From Candidatus Electronema aureum (GTDB lineage: Bacteria > Desulfobacterota > Desulfobulbia > Desulfobulbales > Desulfobulbaceae): DNA of 32,000 nucleotides. The stretch spans positions 60,001 through 92,000 of the forward strand of contig NQJD01000006.1 of NCBI GenBank assembly GCA_004284765.1, in the 5' to 3' direction. Made by a program: the position numbers and the translations under genes. The notes beneath the pieces are model-generated. The model had not been told where the DNA came from, did not search any database, and saw only the letters and a program-made list of their open reading frames with translations. Shown piece by piece: positions 1 through 7,188 of this stretch (positions within the stretch are counted from its first letter, which is position 1; every line of letters starts with the position of its first letter).

Positions 1-28
1 CCTGTAGTTACGAAGAGGAAAGGAGAGA

Positions 29-865
29 ATGGCCCGCATCGGCATGGTCAATTACATCAACATGGCACCGATTTATGAGGTATGGAAGGAGCAGGTGCGC
101 CGTCCTGACTGGATCATGCTTGATGCCCCGCCTGCGCAGCTCAACCGCCTGCTGGCTGCTGGTTCGATTGATCTTGGCTTTGTCTCGGCCTACGAGTACG
201 CTGCCCGTCCGTGGCTGTACCGACTCATGGCTGATCTGTCCATCTCCGCTACCGGGCCAGTGGGCAGCGTCTTCCTTTTCTCCTCCGTGCCACCAGAGCA
301 GTTAGACGGCAAGTTAGTGCTGCTCACCGGCCAATCCGACACCTCGGTCTGCTTGCTGCGGCTGATCTTAGAGGAATTCATCAAGGTCAGGCCGCGCTAT
401 GTGCGAGGGGAAATCTTTGCTCCGCACACGCCTGCTGAAAAGCCTGCGGCACTGCTGGCTATTGGCGACGAAGCCCTGCGCCTCAATGCCGCGCCTGATC
501 CACGCTATCCAGTACAGATTGATCTGGGAGAATGCTGGCATCAGCAGACTGGCCTGCCTTTTGTTTTTGCGGTCTGCGCGGTGCGCGAGGACTTTCTTCA
601 GGGTAACACAGAGGTAGCGCGGGAGATACAGCAAACGCTTATTAGCTGTCGAGAACAGGGCTTGGCCCGCTTATCGGAAATCTGCACCAAGGCCGCAGCC
701 CGCATTCCCCTGATGACTGCGGCAGCTTGCCTGCGCTATTTCCAGTCGATAGAGTACGACCTTAGCCCGATCAAGCAAGAGACCTTGGCGCGGTTCTTTG
801 CGCTGCTGATCCAGCGTGGTGAGGCCAGTCCTGCCGCCCTGCCGCTGAAGCTCTTTCCCTGCTGA
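29..865 (+). CDS. mqnA: MqnA-family protein (chorismate dehydratase-like, futalosine menaquinone pathway)
   Basis: 278-aa ORF with a GGAAAGGAGAG Shine-Dalgarno just upstream. The N-terminal pattern IGMVNYINMAPIY...GSIDLGFVSAYEY and the size fit the periplasmic-binding-protein-like MqnA/MqnD family. It ends 1 nt before ubiE. Family assigned from memory, not from a search. Confidence 0.65.
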   Translation: MARIGMVNYINMAPIYEVWKEQVRRPDWIMLDAPPAQLNRLLAAGSIDLGFVSAYEYAARPWLYRLMADLSISATGPVGSVFLFSSVPPEQLDGKLVLLTGQSDTSVCLLRLILEEFIKVRPRYVRGEIFAPHTPAEKPAALLAIGDEALRLNAAPDPRYPVQIDLGECWHQQTGLPFVFAVCAVREDFLQGNTEVAREIQQTLISCREQGLARLSEICTKAAARIPLMTAAACLRYFQSIEYDLSPIKQETLARFFALLIQRGEASPAALPLKLFPC

Positions 866-866
866 C

Positions 867-1568
867 ATGATCCCCTTGGAGAAGGAGCAGGTACGGGACA
901 TCTTCACCTCGGTCAGCCTGAAGTACGACCTGCTCAACTCGCTGCTCTCGCTCCTCCTTGACCGCTGCTGGCGCTGGCGTACCGTGCGTCTACTGCGGGA
1001 CTTTCCTCACGGCCCAGTGCTTGATCTCTGCGCAGGTACTCTGCCGCTCTCTTTGGAATTGACTCGACAGGCGAAAGATCGGACCGTGCTGGCGGTTGAT
1101 TTCTGCGAGGGGATGCTGCGGGCGGGCATCAGCAATCTGACGGATACGCAGCGCAGGGGAAGGATATATCCGGTCTGTGGTGATGGTGAAGAGATACCTG
1201 CGCCAAGCAACACCTTCTGGGGCTGCACAGTTGGCTTCGGGGTGCGCAACTTAGCCAACACTCGGCAAGGGTTAGCCGAGATGCACCGGGTGCTGCGGCC
1301 CGGCGGGAGGTTGCTGATCTTGGAGCTATCGCGGCCCCGCAATCGCTTCGTTAAGCCGATCTACAACTGCTACCTGAACTACATGCTCCCCCGGATTGCC
1401 GATATCTGCGCAGGCCACCGCCAAGCCTACGAGTACCTTGCCAGTTCTATCGCCTCCTTTTATGAACCGGAAGAACTCCTTGCCATGCTGCGCGAGGCAG
1501 GCTTCAGTGGCGTTGAGCGCAGGCAGCTCTCATTGGGCATCGTGTCTATCTATATAGGAAACAAATGA
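867..1568 (+). CDS. ubiE: demethylmenaquinone/ubiquinone C-methyltransferase (UbiE/MenG)
   Basis: 233 aa. UbiE-type N-terminus (IFTSVSLKYDLLNSLLSL...WRW), SAM-binding motif VLDLCAGT, and LRPGGRLLILE. ATGA overlap with the next gene. Confidence 0.85.
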   Translation: MIPLEKEQVRDIFTSVSLKYDLLNSLLSLLLDRCWRWRTVRLLRDFPHGPVLDLCAGTLPLSLELTRQAKDRTVLAVDFCEGMLRAGISNLTDTQRRGRIYPVCGDGEEIPAPSNTFWGCTVGFGVRNLANTRQGLAEMHRVLRPGGRLLILELSRPRNRFVKPIYNCYLNYMLPRIADICAGHRQAYEYLASSIASFYEPEELLAMLREAGFSGVERRQLSLGIVSIYIGNK

Positions 1569-2131
1569 AGCCGCCCCGCCGCATCCTGCTTGCCATCACC
1601 GGTGCCACCGGCATGATCTACGTCACCGCCCTGCTGGACCTGCTGGCCGGGCAGGAGGTCGAGGTTCATGCTGTCATCTCCGACGCGGGCCGGAAGGTGC
1701 TGCGGCTGGAAGAGAATCTTGCCCCGGAAGAGCTGTCCGGCATCAGCCGCTGGTTTGCTGCGGATGACTTCACCGCGCCGCCTGCCTCTGGTTCAGCTTG
1801 TTACGAGGCGATGCTGATTCTGCCCTGCACAGTCGGCACCTTGGGGGCAATTGCCGCTGGTTGCTCTGCCAACCTGATTCACCGGGCAGCAGATGTGACC
1901 CTCAAGGAGCGGCGGCCTCTGCTGCTGGCGGTGCGCGAGACCCCACTCAATCGCACCCACCTCCGCAACATGCTCGACCTGCACGATGCGGGAGCGATCA
2001 TCTGCCCGCCCATGCCCGCCTTTTATTTGCATCCCGCTGACCTACACGAGATGGCGCGGCAGTTCGCTGGGCGGCTCTGTGACTTGATTGGGATCAGGGT
2101 TGAGGGAATGCAGCGGTGGGAGGGGGTGTAA
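1565..2131 (+). CDS. ubiX: UbiX-family flavin prenyltransferase
   Basis: 188 aa. RILLAITGATG flavoprotein N-terminus, LILPCTVGTLGAIA and LLAVRETPL motifs typical of UbiX/Pad1. Start overlaps the ubiE stop (ATGA). Confidence 0.85.
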   Translation: MKPPRRILLAITGATGMIYVTALLDLLAGQEVEVHAVISDAGRKVLRLEENLAPEELSGISRWFAADDFTAPPASGSACYEAMLILPCTVGTLGAIAAGCSANLIHRAADVTLKERRPLLLAVRETPLNRTHLRNMLDLHDAGAIICPPMPAFYLHPADLHEMARQFAGRLCDLIGIRVEGMQRWEGV

Positions 2132-2254
2132 TTTGTTACAGCATGATGTATATTTTCAAAGGACTCTTGAACAGGCGAGGCAAGCATTGACAATGCCTGT
2201 GGGTAAGAGTGAACCGGAATTTGTTGCCACTCAAGATTAATTCAAGGTTTTTTC

Positions 2255-3349
2255 ATGACCAATCCCTTTCTCCCCTCCGCCCTACCTGTGCTGATCGGCT
2301 CTCTGCCGCTCAACAATCATCGAGAGGCATTAGAACTGATCTTCGCCGCCACGCCGGAAATACCACTTTGGCCGCAGCTGCCGGGCAATCCCCTTGAGCA
2401 GATGATGCCGCAGTTCGCCGAGGGCATTCCCTGCATCCGCGAGGAAAACTTGGCTTCACCAGAAGGCCGCATTCTTTTTGACATCAGCAGCGCGGATTTC
2501 GAGGCGCAACAGCTGGCCTTTTATGAAGACTATATGACCGTTCAAGAAGACCCGGCCAAGCTGGCGGATTCCCGTTTCCGAGTCAGCCGCGAACGGGCCG
2601 AAGGTCTGTATCAGTTTACTGAGAGCCTCCAAGCTAGCCGTAACGGAAACCGTCCTGCTGCTGTCAAAGGCCAAGTCACCGGCCCTTTCACCATGCTCAC
2701 AGGGATCAAAGACCGCCTTGGCCGCGCCGGGTATTACGACGACACGGTGCGAGAAATGGTGGTCAAAGGCATTGCCATGAAAGCGGCTTGGCAAACCCAC
2801 TTCCTAGCTACCAGCGGCCTGCCAGTGATTGTCTTCATTGACGAGCCTGCCTTGGCCGGGCTGGGGTCTTCGGCCTTCATCTCGGTGAGCAACGCGGCAG
2901 TGCAGGAGATGATCAACGAGGTAGCCGAGGCGATTCATGCGGCTGGCGGACTCGCCGGGATTCATGTCTGTGCCAACACCGAGTGGGAGATTTTGCTCTC
3001 CTCGAAAATCGACATCCTCAGTTTTGATGCCTATAGCTTTTTTGACAAGCTCGCGGCCCTGACCGAACAGGTGCATGGCTATCTTGACCGAGGCGCAATC
3101 CTTGCTTGGGGTGGCATTCCGACTGGCAATGCGGCGGATATCGACAAAGAAAGCTCTGAATCGCTCACGCAGCTCTGGGAAAAACAGGCAAAAAAGCTGG
3201 TTCGACCTAGCCGCGACCTGCCTGCGCTGCTTCGGCAGATGCTGATTACTCCGAGCTGCGGCACAGGCTCCCTCAGCCGCGTCAGAGCAGAAAAGGTCTT
3301 GGAGATGACCAAGGCGGTGTCCGCCAATCTTCGGGAGAAGTATCTATAA
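2255..3349 (+). CDS. UROD/MetE-C-terminal-like superfamily protein (function unknown)
   Basis: 364-aa ORF. Segments resemble cobalamin-independent methionine synthase / uroporphyrinogen decarboxylase-like TIM barrels: LIGSLP near the N-terminus, IFIDEPAL, GIHVCAN, and ITPSCGTGS near the C-terminus. Only a superfamily-level call is possible by eye. Confidence 0.45.
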   Translation: MTNPFLPSALPVLIGSLPLNNHREALELIFAATPEIPLWPQLPGNPLEQMMPQFAEGIPCIREENLASPEGRILFDISSADFEAQQLAFYEDYMTVQEDPAKLADSRFRVSRERAEGLYQFTESLQASRNGNRPAAVKGQVTGPFTMLTGIKDRLGRAGYYDDTVREMVVKGIAMKAAWQTHFLATSGLPVIVFIDEPALAGLGSSAFISVSNAAVQEMINEVAEAIHAAGGLAGIHVCANTEWEILLSSKIDILSFDAYSFFDKLAALTEQVHGYLDRGAILAWGGIPTGNAADIDKESSESLTQLWEKQAKKLVRPSRDLPALLRQMLITPSCGTGSLSRVRAEKVLEMTKAVSANLREKYL

Positions 3350-3418
3350 TTATTATCCATAACTCATGGATAGTGGATGAATGACAAGTGATGAGTTATT
3401 CACTATTACCCATAACTT

Positions 3419-3558
3419 CTTCCCGCATTCAGCTTAGTTCTGTCTTGACAGCATGACTGAACAATCATGATTGAACTGAAATCCGGCATGAAAGCTGTCG
3501 CCGTCAGCCTTCGCAGATATGGACTAATGGCTTTGGCGACGTTGAAGTTGAGGTGAGA
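3419..3558 (+). repeat. left copy of the direct repeat flanking the R-M cassette (140 bp); contains the endonuclease gene's Shine-Dalgarno
   Basis: Three blocks match 5370-5463. Block 3434-3456 equals 5385-5407 (23/23). Block 3468-3492 matches 5408-5432 (22/25). Block 3528-3558 matches 5433-5463 (30/31). This copy carries two extra segments, 11 bp at 3457-3467 and 35 bp at 3493-3527. It contains the palindrome CTGTCTTGACAG (3440-3451) and GAGGTGAG (3550-3557), 12 nt before the ATG at 3570. Confidence 0.85.
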
Positions 3559-3569
3559 GACAGAAAAAT

Positions 3570-4211
3570 ATGATGCAACAGCCATTTGATCGCCGCAAGC
3601 ATGTCTATCACAACGATGCATTTGTTGAGCTGGTGAAAGATGCTGTGCGTTTCTTCAACGGAACACCTGTTCACAGCCTTCCTCCGCCAGAACATTTTTC
3701 AGGAACAGGTGTGTATGCGCTTTATTACACAGGAACTCATCCTCTCTATGCCAGATATGCGGAACTGAACCGCCTGTCTTATGATTTCCCGGTGTACGTT
3801 GGCAAAGCAGTGCCCAAAGGCTGGCGGCAGTCCAGAACGTCTGATGATGCTGCAAATCAATCCAACGAGCTGTTCAGCAGGCTTCGAGAACACAGCAGAA
3901 GCATCGAAGCTGCGGCTGGACTGCATCTGCATGATTTCTCCTGCCGCTTTGTCATCTTTGAGCGGGAAGGTTCAGATATGATTGGGGTCATTGAGGCCGC
4001 ATTGATCAAGCTGAATCGTCCGTTATGGAATTCCTGTCTTGACGGCTTTGGCAATCACGATCCCGGCAAAGGACGGTATGAGCAGGCGAGGTCTGATTGG
4101 GACATCATTCATCCGGGAAGAAACTGGGCTGACCGTTTGAAAGCCAGTTCACACAGTAGAGATTCCATTCTTGCCAAGATTGCAGCGCATCTGCAAGCGT
4201 TGAAGAAATAA
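3570..4211 (+). CDS. Eco29kI-family GIY-YIG type II restriction endonuclease
   Basis: 213 aa. GIY-YIG-like GVYALYY...VYVGKA. Conserved family segments as I remember them: LREHSRSIEAA, LWNSCLDGFGNHDPGKGR, SDWDIIHPGRNWA. Stop overlaps the methyltransferase start (TAATG). The apparent lack of CCGCGG in the window is consistent with this specificity. Confidence 0.8.
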   Translation: MMQQPFDRRKHVYHNDAFVELVKDAVRFFNGTPVHSLPPPEHFSGTGVYALYYTGTHPLYARYAELNRLSYDFPVYVGKAVPKGWRQSRTSDDAANQSNELFSRLREHSRSIEAAAGLHLHDFSCRFVIFEREGSDMIGVIEAALIKLNRPLWNSCLDGFGNHDPGKGRYEQARSDWDIIHPGRNWADRLKASSHSRDSILAKIAAHLQALKK

Positions 4212-5407
4212 TGAAGTGTCTTGAAATTTTCTCAGGAGCAGGCGGGCTTGCCAAAGGATTGGAAAATGCCGGATTTGAACACGCCTCTTTTGTTGAAATC
4301 AACAGAGACGCTTGCGCCACCCTCAGAAAGAATTTTCTTCCCGCTCTTGTTTACGAAGGAGATATTGCAACCTTTAATCTTTCTGCGCTTGGAACGGTTG
4401 ACATCGTTGCAGGAGGGCCACCCTGTCAGCCTTTTTCGTTAGGCGGCAGACATAAGGCGCAGCAGGACAGCCGAGATTTGTTTCCGCACGCTGTTCGCTG
4501 CATTGAGAGATTGCAGCCAAAGGCGTTCCTGTTTGAGAATGTGAAAGGGTTGCTCCGGCCTTCCTTTGCAAAATATTTTGAATACATTCTTCTGCGGCTT
4601 GCATATCCGTATTGCAGCATGTTGAAGGGTGAATATTGGCCGGAGCATCTTGCGCGGCTGCAACAAATAACGCCAAAAAGTTATGACGGCATCAGGTATG
4701 ATGTGCAATTTAAGCTGCTCAATGCCGCTGATTTTGGTGTGCCACAGAAACGCGAACGAGTGCTTGTTGTCGGCATCCGTTCAGACCTCAGCATCAAATG
4801 GAAATTTCCTGAGCCAACGCATTCAGAAGACAGGCTTCATTGGGAAAAATATGTGACCGGCGCATATTGGCAGCGGCATGGGATGGCAAAACAGAACAAT
4901 GATGCGCTGCAACGTTTGCTCCGGCAGCGATATGGTCTGTTTGAGCCGAAAGGACAGCCTTGGCAAACTGTGCGGGATGCGCTGAAGAATGTCCCTTGGC
5001 CGCAGGATGCGCACGGCATCTCTGATCATATTTTCAAAGACGGGGCAAGAACATATCCCGGTCACACCGGCAGTGAAATTGATCAGCCAGCAAAGACTCT
5101 TAAAGCGGGCGGGCACGGCGTTCCGGGCGGCGAAAACATGATCCGCTATGAAAATGGCTCTGTGCGGTATTTCACCGTTTATGAGGCCAAGCTGCTGCAA
5201 ACGTTCCCGGAAGATTTTGCAATCGTCGGCGCATGGGGAGAGGCGATGCGGCAGCTTGGCAATGCGGTTCCGGTTGCGCTTGCCGAGTTGTTTGGCAAAA
5301 AATTATTTGCTCTGCTTTCTCACAAGGAAAATTTGATGAAATGCAACGAAGTCAGGGTACATCCTGTAACTTCCCGCAGCCAGGTTAGTTCTGTCTTGAC
5401 AGCATGA
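4211..5407 (+). CDS. DNA (cytosine-5)-methyltransferase
   Basis: 398 aa with canonical C5-MTase motifs: I EIFSGAGGL, IV GGPPCQPFS, VI ENVKGL, VIII QKRERV, X GNAVPV. The last ~13 codons (5370-5407) read into the right-hand direct repeat, so the C-terminal tail is probably an incidental extension. Confidence 0.92.
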   Translation: MKCLEIFSGAGGLAKGLENAGFEHASFVEINRDACATLRKNFLPALVYEGDIATFNLSALGTVDIVAGGPPCQPFSLGGRHKAQQDSRDLFPHAVRCIERLQPKAFLFENVKGLLRPSFAKYFEYILLRLAYPYCSMLKGEYWPEHLARLQQITPKSYDGIRYDVQFKLLNAADFGVPQKRERVLVVGIRSDLSIKWKFPEPTHSEDRLHWEKYVTGAYWQRHGMAKQNNDALQRLLRQRYGLFEPKGQPWQTVRDALKNVPWPQDAHGISDHIFKDGARTYPGHTGSEIDQPAKTLKAGGHGVPGGENMIRYENGSVRYFTVYEAKLLQTFPEDFAIVGAWGEAMRQLGNAVPVALAELFGKKLFALLSHKENLMKCNEVRVHPVTSRSQVSSVLTA

Positions 5408-5463
5408 TGATCGAGCTGCAATCCGGCATGAATGGCCTTGGCGACGTTGAAGTTGAGGTGAGA
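5370..5463 (+). repeat. right copy of the direct repeat flanking the R-M cassette (94 bp)
   Basis: See the left copy. It has the same CTGTCTTGACAG palindrome (5391-5402) and the same GAGGTGAGA end, but no substantial ORF follows. Confidence 0.85.
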
Positions 5464-5485
5464 AGTGGAAAAGAAGCTAAACCAA

Positions 5486-5684
5486 GTAGGTCTGCTTGAG
5501 TGTAACGAAAGCGGACGGCTTTGACTTAAATATGAGTTACGCAGTTGGATTTATAACCCGTTGATTTTGTTCAACTGGCGATTTGTGTCACTGAAATTTA
5601 ACGTGCTGTAATAATTGAACTTCAGGTTTCAACTGCGTAACTCCTATTAAATTGTCTGATTTCGTTATACTCAATCAGACCTAC
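5486..5684. repeat. ~200-bp imperfect palindrome (MITE-like element or long hairpin)
   Basis: GTAGGTCTGCTTGAGTGTAACGAAAGCGGAC (5486-5516) is the near reverse complement of GTCTGATTTCGTTATACTCAATCAGACCTAC (5654-5684). The inner arms AATATGAGTTACGCAGTTGGA (5529-5549) and TCAACTGCGTAACTCCTATT (5629-5648) also pair. The sequence is AT-rich. No transposase is present. Confidence 0.6.
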
Positions 5685-5716
5685 GTAAACACGTAACTTA
5701 AAAGGAATCGAGTGAT

Positions 5717-6166
5717 ATGAACAACGATATGCTTCAAAAGAATTTCAAAGGGGGAGATGCTGTTGAAGTATACGCAAATCCTGCCGCTTATACTTTACTT
5801 GAGATGGACAAAAAAGTCAGCAATGAAATGACTTGGATTAAGGGCAGATATGTTTCAAAAGTTGGCACGAAACAGCATTGTGTGGATATTTCCCCAGGAT
5901 ATAGCGATACTTTCAGTGATGAATGTATTCGTCCGTTTGAAACATCATTGACTGAACAAAAAATCGCTTTATCCAGTGAATTGAATTTCATCAAGATGGA
6001 ATTCAATAGTTTTATAAATAGTTTTGCAGCTCGACAGAGGGCGAGAGGCAGGTCTCCAAAACCTGAAACTGAAGTAGAGAAAGATATCACCAATCTTGCC
6101 AAGATTACTCTTAAACTGGTGCAATATATAGAAAAATCTCAAGGGAAAAGCGACGCCAAATCTTAG
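5717..6166 (+). CDS. hypothetical protein (orphan, AT-rich codon usage)
   Basis: 149-aa ORF preceded by AAAGGAA 10 nt upstream. The lines I counted are about 33-40% GC, against about 55-65% in neighbouring genes. I recognise no family. The C-terminal half looks helical and has a basic patch, RQRARGRSPKPE. Confidence 0.55.
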   Translation: MNNDMLQKNFKGGDAVEVYANPAAYTLLEMDKKVSNEMTWIKGRYVSKVGTKQHCVDISPGYSDTFSDECIRPFETSLTEQKIALSSELNFIKMEFNSFINSFAARQRARGRSPKPETEVEKDITNLAKITLKLVQYIEKSQGKSDAKS

Positions 6167-6216
6167 TAGTTCGGCGGCCAACAACGGCCTATCTGCCACT
6201 TACATCGCCCCAAAGT

Positions 6217-6489
6217 CAATTGGAATTGCCCCGATGCACACTGGAATCACCCCGTTTCCGATTGGAATTGACACGTTTTCAACTGGAATCAAGGCGGTTC
6301 CAATCGAAAACGGCCCGATGTCAATTGGAAACGAGGCAATTCCGGTTGACTTTGCACCAATTCCAACAGGAATCAGGACGATTCCAATCGAAAACGGCCT
6401 GATGTCAATTGGAAACAGATCAATTCCAACAGGAATCACGGCAATTCCAGTGTGCATCAGGACGTTTCCGGCGTGCTCTGCAACAGGAA
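6217..6489. repeat. array of 13 tandem 21-bp repeats (consensus about CAAyTGGAATCAnGrCGrTTC) with GGAAT/ATTCC half-sites
   Basis: Cutting the sequence every 21 nt from 6217 gives 13 aligned units: caattggaattgccccgatgc, acactggaatcaccccgtttc, cgattggaattgacacgtttt, caactggaatcaaggcggttc, caatcgaaaacggcccgatgt, caattggaaacgaggcaattc, cggttgactttgcaccaattc, caacaggaatcaggacgattc, caatcgaaaacggcctgatgt, caattggaaacagatcaattc, caacaggaatcacggcaattc, cagtgtgcatcaggacgtttc, cggcgtgctctgcaacaggaa. Units 5-6 and 9-10 are 37/42 identical, giving an 84-bp higher-order period. Confidence 0.9.
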
Positions 6490-6582
6490 ATGCTGTATAT
6501 TTACTGCGTAAAATTTGCGGCGGAGGACATCTCGGCCACTGCCGGACAAACAACACAGCGTCCCAGACAAGGAGAAAGCATC

Positions 6583-7188
6583 ATGCGTTTCCCGAAGACA
6601 GAATCGGAGATCATGGCCTTGGTGCAGAACATCATCAGCGGGCTTGCGAACAATCCGAACTTTCCCTCGCCGCCGGTCTCCCCAGCCGCTTTGCAGGCCC
6701 GGCTGGATGCGGCAGTCAATTCCAGCAATAATCAAATTATGGCGCAGGCGGCGGCGAAACAGGCCACTGACACCAAGCAGGCTGACTTTGACGCGCTGAT
6801 TGCGGACGTAAAAACTGTGCTCCATTATGCCGAAGATGCGGTGCATGACGATGATGCCAAATTGTCGGCATTGGGCTGGGGCGGCAAGTCTGCGCCGCAC
6901 GCCTTGCAGGCACCCGGCCAGCCGAGGCTGCTTGAAGTGCTGCGGCAGGGCGCGGGCCAGCTGACGCTGGATTGGAAAAAGCCTGCGGACGGCGGCGCAC
7001 CGGCTTCCTACAAGATCGAACGGCGCGACTTGACCGACGGCGGCGCGTGGACGCTGGCCGGCATTGCAATCGAAACCGAAGTCACGCTCAATAATCAGAA
7101 GCGCGGCAAGGAATTGGAATACCGCGTCATTGCGGTCAACAAGGCGGGCGAAGGAGAGCCGGGCAACACGGTGACGGCATTGCTGTAA
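6583..7188 (+). CDS. small fibronectin type III domain protein (helical N-terminal domain plus C-terminal FN3)
   Basis: I place the start at ATG 6583, which has AAGGAGA 7 nt upstream. The ORF-track start at 6409 lies inside the repeat array. The C-terminal ~95 aa (PGQPRLLEV...LTLDWKKPADGGAPASYKIERR...WTL...EYRVIAVNKAGEGEPGN) is a typical FN3 pattern. The stop lies 3 nt before murD. Confidence 0.75.
   Translation: MRFPKTESEIMALVQNIISGLANNPNFPSPPVSPAALQARLDAAVNSSNNQIMAQAAAKQATDTKQADFDALIADVKTVLHYAEDAVHDDDAKLSALGWGGKSAPHALQAPGQPRLLEVLRQGAGQLTLDWKKPADGGAPASYKIERRDLTDGGAWTLAGIAIETEVTLNNQKRGKELEYRVIAVNKAGEGEPGNTVTALL

Noticed and set aside
2184-2196. Perfect 13-bp palindrome GCATTGACAATGC containing TTGACA, upstream of the UROD-like ORF.
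   Set aside because: It is too short to be significant on its own, and no acceptable -10 hexamer lies at 16-18 nt. I note it only as a possible operator.
3354-3372. TATCCAT-N5-ATGGATA hairpin just after the stop of ORF 2255-3349, as a terminator.
   Set aside because: The stem is 7 bp and AT-rich with no following T-run, so it is weak as an intrinsic terminator. It may simply mark the AT-rich island boundary.
3406-3621. 71-aa minus-strand ORF spanning the left direct repeat.
   Set aside because: The equivalent frame is not conserved in the right copy, because the indels in the left copy shift the frame. It overlaps the R gene start and no Shine-Dalgarno is seen.
3419-5463. The direct repeats as integron attC sites or cassette boundaries.
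   Set aside because: I could not find proper RYYYAAC / GTTRRRY core sites at the element ends. GTTAGTT and GTTGAAG do not fit. No intI-like integrase or attI is present in the window.
6217-6489. Possible CRISPR array.
   Set aside because: The repeats are contiguous 21-mers with no unique spacers between them, they are degenerate rather than identical, and no cas genes are nearby.
6465-6500. Possible sigma-54 promoter (GG-N10-GC) at the end of the array.
   Set aside because: The GG and GC elements in CCGGCGTGCTCTGCA are 10 nt apart rather than 12, and the flanking bases do not match TGGCAC-N5-TTGCA.
6200-6731. ORF-track reading frames running through the 21-bp array: 6200-6556 minus, 6220-6402 plus, 6234-6731 plus, and the 6409 start of the FN3 ORF. 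They give heptad-like peptides (GIxxIPx).
   Set aside because: Frames are open on both strands and in several phases at once, which a near-palindromic 21-nt (7-codon) repeat would produce anyway. None has a convincing Shine-Dalgarno. The 6234 frame overlaps the well-supported FN3 gene start at 6583 out of frame.
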